A DNA stretch of 63,972 nucleotides, filler included, from Pseudogymnoascus verrucosus (taxonomy: Eukaryota), in the NCBI GenBank assembly GCA_001662655.1. It is 5 parts of 5 records of this genome, joined end to end, with 100 filler letters (N's around TTAATTAATTAA, not from the genome) between each part and the next. Parts side by side here need not be neighbours in the genome. Positions count along the whole stretch, not along the records: positions 31,779 to 47,243 come from KV460302.1; 4 more parts are not named here. One strand, written 5' to 3'. A model generated the notes under the pieces. The model had not been told where the DNA came from. It did not search any database and worked only from the letters and a program-made list of their open reading frames with translations. Of the stretch, positions 38,001-47,343 are shown one piece after another; the first letter of the stretch is position 1; each line of letters opens with the position of its first letter. A program made the translations under genes and the position numbers.

Positions 38001-38474
38001 AGCCGCATCAAGCTTCGCCTTTGCCCACTCTGAATCCGATTTGGCCACTCGTGAATCGACTCGCGCCTCGAGAAGTTCCCGATTCGTTTTCTGCTGCGCC
38101 TCCTTTAGGATCTCGACAGAGACCCCGAGTCGCTTCGCATTTGCGCTGTTCTAAAAGGTGCTCGTAGCACTAAACTTCTCTTTGAGATTCTCGACCTCGT
38201 TGGCGGCGTCATCCGCCTCATGTTCCAAGGCGAATGCTTCGGTCGTAAGCCGGCTCATCTCATCCCAGACTGCTGTACAATCCGCTTTTGCCTCCTCATC
38301 CCCATACTCCCCATCGATTTCCTGAAGTTCGCGAAGTCGGTCCACCTGATCGATAATATGCCTTTTCCTCTCCCGCTTCACTAATGCCATTTCAATTCCG
38401 CGGCCAAACCCGTCCTGGTTACCAGGATATGTGACACGGGTAACGCGCTCGAGGTGAACCCTAAACGGCTCCAT
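35012..38474 (-). pseudogene. Large intronless coiled-coil protein gene (~1150 codons) with C-terminal Cys cluster, broken by one TAG and one frameshift
   Basis: ORF 38474-38151 is in frame with 38048-35880 across a single TAG (38153-38151). The reading frame then shifts near 35990-35900 into ORF 35986-35012, ending RCVFH...WCCGGCIEEGTPC...LPL. Confidence 0.65.
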
Positions 38475-38818
38475 GATTAGTTATTATGTATCGTAGGAAG
38501 GGCACAATCCGGTTAAGTAAGTCAGGCACAGTCTGGTCACAGAGAGATGAAGGTATGCGGAAACTGGGTTGGTCACTGCACATTCACCAGTCCCGATTAG
38601 GATACTGCCTCCAAAACCCGCAAACTCTCCATAGTGTGCTATGCTATCGAATACTTGATGATTTACATGTCCTGAACCCGTCTTGTCATCCTGCTGCCAT
38701 CTTGTCATCCTAATGCCGCCCTGAACCGTCTTGTCATGCCGCTGTCATCCCCAAGATCAACCCCACCACCCCGCTACACGCCAACCCGCCAACCCCGCCA
38801 TCCCCGCAACCGATCGCG

Positions 38819-40180
38819 ATGCCATCCATACGAGAATCTGAAGGAGATCGCTACTCGGCCCCGAGATGTCGGGCGGATCTGGTAGAGGCCTTGGTGATAA
38901 CCCCTGGACCATTCGACGATACCCGAATCGATGATGAAATGTTCGACACGCGTCAGGCCAACGACGCCACAACGCGCACCTTCAAATCAACGATCCTCAG
39001 GGTTCTTATGCAGGTCAATTTTCTCGTGATCAGAGGACTCGCCCTCGGAAATCTACCCGAAGAGGCTCGCACCACGCTCGATACCTTCTTTACCAACGAC
39101 TACATCAACCTTGGTGACAACGTCCCGGGTGTGTACGTCAATTACATCGTTGACGAGAACGGGATCGCGCCTACGAAAGCCGATATCATCGAAATACTCG
39201 CCGTAATGAGAGAATACCTTGGGAACGACTCTGAAGTCCTCGCAGAACAGGTAGATGCGCAGTTTGGCGGGAGCCGGAAGGAATGGAGGTATGCGCATAA
39301 GCCAGAAACAAAGCGGGTTCAAGCTGCATTCATTAAAGGGATGGAGAAGAGGCTCGGGATACCTAAAGGCGCCGATGCCCAAGACTCAGCTGGATCCGAA
39401 GCCGACATTAAGGTCGAAGCTGAACCTGCTGGATCCGAAGTCGACGTCAAAGTCGAAGCCCATTCTGATGCTGACGCTGACGCTGACGCCCCATCTCGAG
39501 TCCCCGCTACCGCATACGCCCAATCCGACGATGACATGGACACCCCAATCCCATGCGGGATATCCGAAGTCGGTTTCAGCATCACCCCCCTCAAGCGCAT
39601 CCAGGACCACCAAAAGCACACCAACAGCAACTCGATCATGAACCTCTTCGAGGCAGCCGCACGCTACCTGTTTGGCAACAGATATGCCATTCAGGGATAT
39701 GTCGTTGCGCGGGTCGTAGACCCAACTCTCGCCGGCCTTTCCGAGGCAGTCATATCACGACTGGCCTGCTCGTACACCGACTGGGGAGGCGGATTTAACG
39801 GGAAGCTGGCTGGGCTTAGCGTACACGGGTTGAACAACATGCCTACGGTCCTTGCAGATACTAAGCTCACAAGAGAGGCATGGATAACGCACGAGGCCAA
39901 CGAAGACATGGCAAACGTAGAGGATGAGAGGGTGCGGGTGCAGGAGAGGATTGCTTTTCTTGAGCAACGGATTGCTTCACGACATGATCGCCATAACTAT
40001 GCCACAGAGAGGTGCATCGATGCCGCCGAGGCATACTTACTCCAGTCCGGTCGTCGCGCAGATGCCTACGAAAAGATTAAGGAGGAGAAGGAGAAGTGGG
40101 AGGAGTTCAAACGAAAAGCGGAAGAAGAGAAGGATCCCGACTGGCTCAAGAAGGTCAGGGATGTATGTGGCGCAACGTGA
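38819..40180 (+). CDS. Divergent GIY-YIG-superfamily nuclease-like protein, 453 aa, intronless
   Basis: PGVYVNYI ... EVGFSITPLKRIQDH ... LSEAVISRL ... GGGFN, which follows the order and spacing of GIY, YVG-x6-KR-x3-H, E and GYN in I-TevI. The ORF is solid; the family call is by eye. Confidence 0.65.
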   Translation: MPSIRESEGDRYSAPRCRADLVEALVITPGPFDDTRIDDEMFDTRQANDATTRTFKSTILRVLMQVNFLVIRGLALGNLPEEARTTLDTFFTNDYINLGDNVPGVYVNYIVDENGIAPTKADIIEILAVMREYLGNDSEVLAEQVDAQFGGSRKEWRYAHKPETKRVQAAFIKGMEKRLGIPKGADAQDSAGSEADIKVEAEPAGSEVDVKVEAHSDADADADAPSRVPATAYAQSDDDMDTPIPCGISEVGFSITPLKRIQDHQKHTNSNSIMNLFEAAARYLFGNRYAIQGYVVARVVDPTLAGLSEAVISRLACSYTDWGGGFNGKLAGLSVHGLNNMPTVLADTKLTREAWITHEANEDMANVEDERVRVQERIAFLEQRIASRHDRHNYATERCIDAAEAYLLQSGRRADAYEKIKEEKEKWEEFKRKAEEEKDPDWLKKVRDVCGAT

Positions 40181-40402
40181 TGTGGCGTAAACTCAAAGTA
40201 TGTATTGCTCCCCTTGCTCCCTTAATTCTTGTCCCTCCCGTTACATCAAACACGGTATGTATTGCTACTGCTTGTCATCGCGTTAGAACCCGTAAATTGT
40301 AGTTTTCAATTTGATTATCTGCTTGCAGCCGCTAGCCATGTCGTCCTATGTTGATCTGCCGCCGAGCCGCATCCGTAATGCCAAGCAGGGTCTATCCCGG
40401 CG

Positions 40403-40987
40403 TTACTCAAACGCATCCCGGAGAAGCACGAACGCCTCATCAAACGCGCGCTCAAGCTGCATGACAATCACCCGGCATTCCACATCTTCAACCTGCCTGC
40501 CCGCAGCCTCCATCGCCATCCCAATCCGCCATGCTGCCGCCATTAAGTGACGGATTAGGTCGCCACCACCGACCTCGCGCTCCCACACCTCGTTGTCCCC
40601 TACTGGTCTCACCAGCCCGCCCCTGATATATCCGCGTAGTGCCCTGGTAGATGTAATGACTCTGTCCCCGACGGCGTGTCTCTCGGTGTCATCCAGTTCC
40701 CCCCCAGCCATGCCGATACACCGAATTATACCCTGGAGCGATATGATAGATCGGTAAATAAACATTATCACGAAGGTGCCGCAGATCTGATCATCGGTTT
40801 CTCTCTGGCGCGCCACCTTCTCCTGTTGACTGTGCGTGAGGTAACCGTCCCCGCTTCCACCTTCCCCATTCCGAGTTGGTCGATCTTGGCTGTTGTGGCT
40901 GCCTATGAACGCGTTGTCATCTGCCCCGTCTTCGCTGTTTGGGACTTCATCTCGAGCAGTGCTTGCATCTTGGCTGTTGATATCCAT
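40403..40987 (-). CDS. Hypothetical protein, 194 aa
   Basis: ATG-initiated ORF convergent with the nuclease-like gene; helical-looking C-terminal half; no recognisable family. Confidence 0.45.
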   Translation of the reverse strand: MDINSQDASTARDEVPNSEDGADDNAFIGSHNSQDRPTRNGEGGSGDGYLTHSQQEKVARQRETDDQICGTFVIMFIYRSIISLQGIIRCIGMAGGELDDTERHAVGDRVITSTRALRGYIRGGLVRPVGDNEVWEREVGGGDLIRHLMAAAWRIGMAMEAAGRQVEDVECRVIVMQLERAFDEAFVLLRDAFE

Positions 40988-41319
40988 CTTCAGAGGTTGA
41001 CGTGTTCGAGTAATGGGGCTGAGACAAGATCGGATTTTAGATTTGTGCTGAAACGTTGGATTTTTTTGTCTGAAGACCTCACGAGTGCGGAATCTGTGCC
41101 TTGGCGGATAGTTGGGAAGCAGGTGCGGATTCTGTGCTTTGATATGTAGTCAGAACGCGTTTAGCAAGATAACACCCTCAAGGTCTTATCGCGTATTCAC
41201 TTCATCGCGTTATATTGAAATTACAGATTATACTTGGAGGAATAGCTTTCATTAGAGTTATATATGCTTTTTGCTACCCATCTTCATAAACGAGTGACTA
41301 TAGGCCTCTTCTCCCCTCC

Positions 41320-41500
41320 CATCCGGTTCCGTACTTCGCCTTTGAAAAATGATTATCTCCCCATCCATAACACGCCTTTGAAAAATGATTGTCCCCATCC
41401 GGTTCCGCGCGCCTTTGAAATGATTGTCCCCGCGTAGTTCTGCTCGCCTTTGAAAATGATTGTTCCCCATCCGGTTCCGCGCGCTATTGAAATGATTGTC
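41320..41500. repeat. Array B: ~36-bp repeat x5 (CGCCTTTGAAA(AA)TGATT.TCCCCATCCGGTTCCG)
   Basis: Units begin at about 41337, 41373, 41410, 41445 and 41482. Confidence 0.9.
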
Positions 41501-41614
41501 GCTCTCCTATAAGATATATTCGAATGCCGTCCCACTTAGTTCTGCCTCTGCGAATTTGGTAAAAATGCGATGGGTTTGATACGTCTGCCGCTCGACTTGA
41601 TTTCACCTTCGAGC

Positions 41615-43756
41615 TCATGCCTGCCGTTTGGCAGCAGGCTGATCATCACCCTGTTCCTCTCCCCTCTTCCTCTTAAGTTCCTCGAACCTCAAATCTATTC
41701 CTGCGAATGTAGCGCGAACTTGCTGCTGAACCTCCTTAATGTCGCTTAGCTTTAATTGTTCTGAGGCGTTAACAATCTTGCCAAGTTGATCGTGAGCGGA
41801 TAGAATGCCTCCCATTACGAACATTTTGGGTAACTCGACGTCTTGATGCCGAGGCAGAAACTCCCTGCTCCATGGGTTTGGTGTTCCGACGGGTACTGCT
41901 TGGTAGCCTAGAAGTGTACAGAGGTCACTGTAACAATCACGCTCTGATAGAACACCCGGTTGGGGTGTAGAGGGGTTTCCATTCTGGTCGAGAGAGCGCG
42001 GAGCGATTTGGAGCTTGATAGCCTGCTGGCGGTTTCGTGCCTCTTCATGTTGGGTGAACCGGGAGACCTCTTCGTATTGGTTGGGCTTGAATAGCTGGGG
42101 GAAGGTCAAATCATCCTCGTCTTCATCTTCAAAACCTTGATGCTTGTAGTTACCGTCATGAGGTTTAAGACTCTCATTACGGTATAAGAACTGTACGTCT
42201 GGCTCTGCCTCAGCGTCCTGCGTATCACCAGAAGTGCGGTTGTCTCGCTGCTGTTCGCTCTCTTTTTTAAAAATGTATCCTTCCCGAAGGAGCTGTTGGC
42301 GATGGGCATGGTCGAGCTGCTCTTGCTCATAGCGCTCCTTGTCCTGATCGGCAAGCTCCTGTTGGACGCGTTCAGCTGCAACCTGGCGTTTCTCCATCTC
42401 AATGCGTTGATTCGCCTCTGCTTCTAGGCGTTGCTTCTTAATGCGCTCTGCCTCCAGGCGCTTAGCTTCTGCAGCCCGTTGAGTCTCCTCTTCCCATAGT
42501 CGACGTCTCTCTGCAACCTGGATCTGCTTCTGCTTTAACTCCTTCTCCCTTTGAGCAAAGGCATTCTTTTGCTCGTTAATTTCTTTTGCTTCAGCTGAAA
42601 GGCGACGTTCCTCATCCGAGTCGAAACCTGTGTTCTCTTTGTTGGTAGGAGCGTTGGATTGGGAGGCGAGAACCGATTCGGACCGTGCTATAACCTGGTC
42701 TGGATTTTCTTTGCGATCTGACTCTTCTGAATCGAACGGGTCTAGTAATTTCCGCTTCTTCTTCTCTCCGTCCTTTGTTCCGGCTGACTGGGATGGCTGG
42801 TTCCGCCATAAATTCACCGACCTCGACTTGGGAATTATAGCCTCCTCCCCATCATCGTCATCATCATCCTCCTCGTCAGAATCAACCGGTTTATCAACCA
42901 CGTTAGGAATCCGTTTCGCCTTTGGCTTCTCTGATGCCCTTTTCGGTTTGCGCGCCACCTTGGCCTTCTTCTGCTTCTTTGTAATAAGTCCATCTTGGTC
43001 CTCTGAGTCGCTCGTAGAGTTGTATCCCCCACGACTATAGACTGGTGTCGGGTTCTCGATTGGGGAATCGGTCATCTTTGAGGCGTCTTTGTTGAATCTC
43101 TTCTCACAAGACAACCGGCGGTATCTCAGACCCATGGAGTCATACATCTTCCTCGGAGCATAGCGTTTGAGCCAAGCATCTGCATATGCTTTGGCTTGAA
43201 CCGAATCGGCGATCCTCACCCCGTGGACAATGCCATGCCACCACTCGGCATAGTTTGGTTGCGCCTGGAAGTTCTTTTCGGTCACCGAACCAGGCTTCCT
43301 ATTCTGATCAGGCCCAAGACACCCACGCAGCGTCATGCCGTCGATCGTCATCAGGTCACCGCTGCTGTCATATAGGGTCGTTCCATTTTTATTCAGACTG
43401 TTTCGAAGCGGTTTGGATTTAATGCCCTGTCCAGGACTTGCCTTTTTTTGGATACTACCAGACCGAACAAAACCCTTGTAATCCCACAGCGATCTCGGGG
43501 GGAAGTATAGCTCATCGTCTGGCGGCAGGAGGCTCCAGTATCGCATTACGATCATCACGCCATGAGATAACGGCTGATCCTTGGGGATCATCGCCATCCT
43601 TAGCGGACCCGATCCGATGGTCGGGTTCCAGACATTCCCACCATTTGGATCCAGTACGCACCCAGCCGGAGTGTTCTTGTAATATCCTATTTTGGCCGGG
43701 ACAAGTTCAGGGAACTCGGTAAGCAAACCAGCTTTTGCCTTAGCAGCCATTTTCAA
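41615..43756 (-). CDS. Orphan ~710-aa protein: globular N-terminus, basic/acidic linker, coiled coil, terminal basic NLS-like motif
   Basis: Uninterrupted 713-codon ORF. A splice acceptor (GCTGAC..CACAG, ~43866) lies just upstream, so the true start may be in an upstream exon or at ATG 43750. Confidence 0.75.
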   Translation of the reverse strand: MKMAAKAKAGLLTEFPELVPAKIGYYKNTPAGCVLDPNGGNVWNPTIGSGPLRMAMIPKDQPLSHGVMIVMRYWSLLPPDDELYFPPRSLWDYKGFVRSGSIQKKASPGQGIKSKPLRNSLNKNGTTLYDSSGDLMTIDGMTLRGCLGPDQNRKPGSVTEKNFQAQPNYAEWWHGIVHGVRIADSVQAKAYADAWLKRYAPRKMYDSMGLRYRRLSCEKRFNKDASKMTDSPIENPTPVYSRGGYNSTSDSEDQDGLITKKQKKAKVARKPKRASEKPKAKRIPNVVDKPVDSDEEDDDDDDGEEAIIPKSRSVNLWRNQPSQSAGTKDGEKKKRKLLDPFDSEESDRKENPDQVIARSESVLASQSNAPTNKENTGFDSDEERRLSAEAKEINEQKNAFAQREKELKQKQIQVAERRRLWEEETQRAAEAKRLEAERIKKQRLEAEANQRIEMEKRQVAAERVQQELADQDKERYEQEQLDHAHRQQLLREGYIFKKESEQQRDNRTSGDTQDAEAEPDVQFLYRNESLKPHDGNYKHQGFEDEDEDDLTFPQLFKPNQYEEVSRFTQHEEARNRQQAIKLQIAPRSLDQNGNPSTPQPGVLSERDCYSDLCTLLGYQAVPVGTPNPWSREFLPRHQDVELPKMFVMGGILSAHDQLGKIVNASEQLKLSDIKEVQQQVRATFAGIDLRFEELKRKRGEEQGDDQPAAKRQA

Positions 43757-44473
43757 CCGGGTCGGTGTAGTCGGCGAGCTTGCCCAAGCGGGTCTGATCC
43801 GGTCGGACGAGAAGGGTTCAGTTGACCAGGTCGATATGTGTGTCGGATGGGTGTATGTAGTGAAGCTGTGAAACCAAAGTCAGCTAACTTCAAATTCATC
43901 AAATTGCATTATGCGCAAAGAAAACTTTGTAAGAAAACGTCGCAAGATCGAGGGCTATGGATATGATTTCACTTCACGTATACATAGTAGGGCATTTGAA
44001 CTCACCTCTGCTCATAATCTGCACCTTTTTTTGCAGTGTTTACTGCAAAAAAGAGGCAATCTGCTCCTTAAAGTGATGTTAGAGTATGTTTGATAGGGTT
44101 AAAGGAAGCAATAGCGCAGCATACCTTCGTATCTTGGGTTGACAGTGTAAAAGAGAGCTTTTAGTGAGGTTAGAGTAAGTTTAATGGGGTCAAGAGAAGC
44201 AATGGCGCAGCATACCTCAGTATCTTGTTTCGGTGACGACAGAGAGAGACGATGAGGTCGGGTGCAGTGCAGCAAGATGAAGCTGAGGTGTGACGGCGAG
44301 AGAGGGAAGAGCAAACTGAGGCAACGAGAGTTTTGGCAGCGAGAGAGAGACAAGATGAAGGTGAACGGGAACAGTGAACGAAATAATGCGTATATCACTC
44401 CTAGCAAGAATATTCACTCCTGGTATTTGCCGCTGCGCCCTATATCAGCCCAAATGCCTTTACAAACTTACAG

Positions 44474-45095
44474 AACACGCCGACCGGTTGGGATATCCCC
44501 GTAGCTCCTCTACCCCGATTAGATTGAGAAACATAACATGCAAACCGGTTGGGTTATCACTACGCCGACCGGTTGGGATCCCCGTATCTCGTTTGCCCTA
44601 ACTGCTTCAGATTGAGAAACATAACATGCAAACCGGTTGGGTTATCACTACGCCGACCGGTTGGGATCCCCGTATCTCGTTTGCCCTAACTGCTTCAGAT
44701 TGAGAAACATAACATGCAAACCGGTTGGGTTATCACTACGCCGACCGGTTAGGATCCCTGTACCTCGTCTGCCCCGACTGCTTTAGATAACATAACATGC
44801 AAACCGGTTGGGCTATCACTACGCCAAGCGGTTGGGATATCCTCATGGCTCCTCAGTCGCCCTCGACCGCTTCGGATTAAGAAACGTAACACGCCAACCG
44901 GTTGGGATCCCCGTACCTACTGCCCCGACCGCTTTAGATTAAGAAACATAACAACGCAAACTGGTTGGGCTGTTACTACGCTAACCGGTTAGGATATCCT
45001 CATGGGTCCTCAGCCGCCCTCGACTGCTACGGATTAGAAAGTAGAACACGCCGACTGGTTGGGCTATCACTACGCCGACTGGTTGGGATATCCTC
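44474..45095. repeat. Array C: ~83-94-bp units x ~7, most with two ACCGGTTGGG motifs 24 bp apart
   Basis: CCGGTT (or variant) at 44484, 44545/44569, 44633/44657, 44721/44745, 44804/44828, 44898, 44961/44985, 45055/45079. Confidence 0.93.
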
Positions 45096-45390
45096 GTAAC
45101 TCCTCGACTGTCCCAAACTGCAACGGAGTGAGAGGCAGGCCTTCCACACCGCAACTGATCGCCACCTCAAAACTACAAAACACGCCAACTGATCAGGTTA
45201 TCCCCGTAGAAACTCTACGGCATGCGATATACGTTCTCTCACGCGACCACCTCAGACGTTAGAGGTATGCGCTAAAACCAGAGACACGGCGCATGCAAGC
45301 CACGTTTATCGATGGAATAGAATAGCCAACGGCTGATGCCTAAGAATCAGCTGGATCTGAAGCCGACATCAAGGTCGAAGCTGAACCGGC

Positions 45391-45578
45391 AGGGAAGAAC
45401 GATAGAGATGGGCATGGTAGGGAAGAACGATAGAGACTAGCATAGTAGGGAAGAACGATAGAGACAGACATGGTAGGGAAGAACGATAGAGATGGGCATA
45501 GTAGGGAAGAACGACAGAGACTAGTATAGTAGGGAATAGCAACAGAGATGGGCACAGTAGGGGAAGAACGACAGAGAC
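45391..45578. repeat. Array D: 28-bp minisatellite (AGGGAAGAACGATAGAGA.....AT.GT) x ~7
   Basis: Direct tandem copies visible in sequence. Confidence 0.9.
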
Positions 45579-45940
45579 GGACTCGTAGCACTAAACTTCT
45601 CCTTAGTAGTAATGACGAAAGTAGTTTAGAGTTGCTAACAAACCTTAGCGCGACATATAATTTATAAGCTTAAAGTCGCCATTTAATATGAGAAAATGAA
45701 TAGTAATCAACGGGTAGGCACTACTTCATTTCTACACAGAAGTCGTCTCGAGTGACAAATGGAGAGATTAGTGAACAACAGCAAGTCCGTGATTATAGAG
45801 CAGAATAGGCGTCGACGGTATGACGTGCGGGATGGCTGCAAACAAACTATATAATACACGCCTTCGTCGTTATAATCATCTCATTACCATCGTCTTGTTC
45901 ATTCAATAATATCAATTAATACAACCAACCAATCGCCGAA

Positions 45941-46997
45941 ATGTCTCTTAATTCTGTTCTTTTGACCGGTGGCACAGGCAGCCTCGGCGCAAGCATCCTC
46001 TCGCAGCTGCTCTCGAAGGGCCACAGCGTGACTGCGGTCGTGCGATCCCTCAAGAAGTCCGCGCCTTTCCTCACCCGACAGTATGCCTCTCAAGTCGATT
46101 CCGGGAAGCTCAAGCTTGTCGAGGTTCCTGACATGACGGTCCCACACGCATTTGACGAGCTTGTAAAGACCGTCGATGCCATAATCCATGTGGCTACCCC
46201 TCTGTCAGACAGCGACTTTCAGAGGACACTTATTGATGCGACCTTAGCCATCAACGAGAATATATTCGCAGCATCTCTGAAAGCTCCCTCTGTCAAGCGC
46301 ATTGTCATCACTGGCAGCATTGTGTCTACGATGGCCCTTCCTGATGTTCTGTTCCGACCCATCACTGTGAGCGCGGACGACTATTCCACTATTACTAACG
46401 AGCAGGGCCTATCAAGTCTCCCAGCCGCATATCAATACGCCAAAACTTCATCCGAGAAGAAGGCCTGGGAGTTCATGAAGACGGCAAAGCCATCCTTTGA
46501 TCTTGTCGTCCTGCTAGCCCCTGCTATTACTGGAAAATGCATCCAGGAAGGATTCGTGCCATCCAAAACGGCCCTCGGAGGCATGGCCGAAATCTACCAG
46601 AATGTCTTTGACGTCGAGACTCCGGGACTTGTCTTCCCTTTCGTTATGTAAGTTTATGTTTTCGGCGTTAGTTGGTACGCATACTAATTCAATTAGGGAT
46701 GTCGAGGATGTTGCTTCTATCCATGTTAAGAGTCTGGACTTGAAAGTCGCAGGGAATGAGAGATACCTCTTCCATTCCGGTCATCCTCAGAACTCGTCAG
46801 AAATCGCGAAAAAGATTCGCGAGGAGTATCCCCAGTTAAGAAACCGTGTCCCCGAAGTCCTCGACGAAAGTGCGGAGTCTCCTGTCAAGGTGAAGGTAGA
46901 CACTTCCAAGTCCGACAAGGTGTTTGGCGGGCCGTGGAAGGATTGGTGGGAGTCTGCAAAGGACACAGTTGACGACATTATCAAGTTTGAGAAATAG
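45941..46997 (+). CDS. NAD(P)-dependent epimerase/dehydratase family reductase (GRE2/aldehyde reductase II-like extended SDR), 2 exons
   Basis: VLLTGGTGSLG, IIHVATP, VKRIVITGS, YQYAK (YxxxK), DVEDVA. Intron 46648-46696. Confidence 0.93.
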
Positions 46998-47093
46998 ACT
47001 GTCAGCTTGTAATTTACCAAACTAAAGATATTAAACAAATGTGTTGCTGTCACCTCGAGTGTTGTATAAACAGGCGGCTTCGGGAACGAGCAC

Positions 47094-47243
47094 CAGTGTT
47101 GCCCGAGTACTACTCGTTGCGAGTACTACTCGAGTAATTACTCGAGTAGTACTCGACTCGAAGAAATCTGAACTACTCGAGTACTACTCGAGTAGTACTC
47201 GAGTAGTACTCGAGTAGTTGCCAAGATAGCCAAGAAGCGGGGT
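47094..47243. mobile_element. Terminus of a second hAT-like DNA transposon
   Basis: Begins CAGTGTTGCCCGAGTACT, followed by many CTCGAGTA/TACTCGAG subterminal repeats; runs into the contig edge. Confidence 0.55.
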
Positions 47244-47343
47244 NNNNNNNNNNNNNNNNNNNNNNNNNNNNNNNNNNNNNNNNNNNNTTAATTAATTAAN
47301 NNNNNNNNNNNNNNNNNNNNNNNNNNNNNNNNNNNNNNNNNNN
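47244..47343. other. Artificial scaffold spacer
   Basis: TTAATTAATTAA at 47288-47299 within N runs. Confidence 0.95.

Noticed and set aside
39566..39580. GAAGTCGGTTTCAGC in the nuclease-like gene resembles the array A core
   Set aside because: About 11 bp with a mismatch, and it encodes the EVGFS motif; chance is sufficient.
45204..45220. Hairpin CCGTAGA-AAC-TCTACGG as a Helitron 3' end
   Set aside because: No CTRR terminus at the expected distance and no Rep/helicase gene in the contig.
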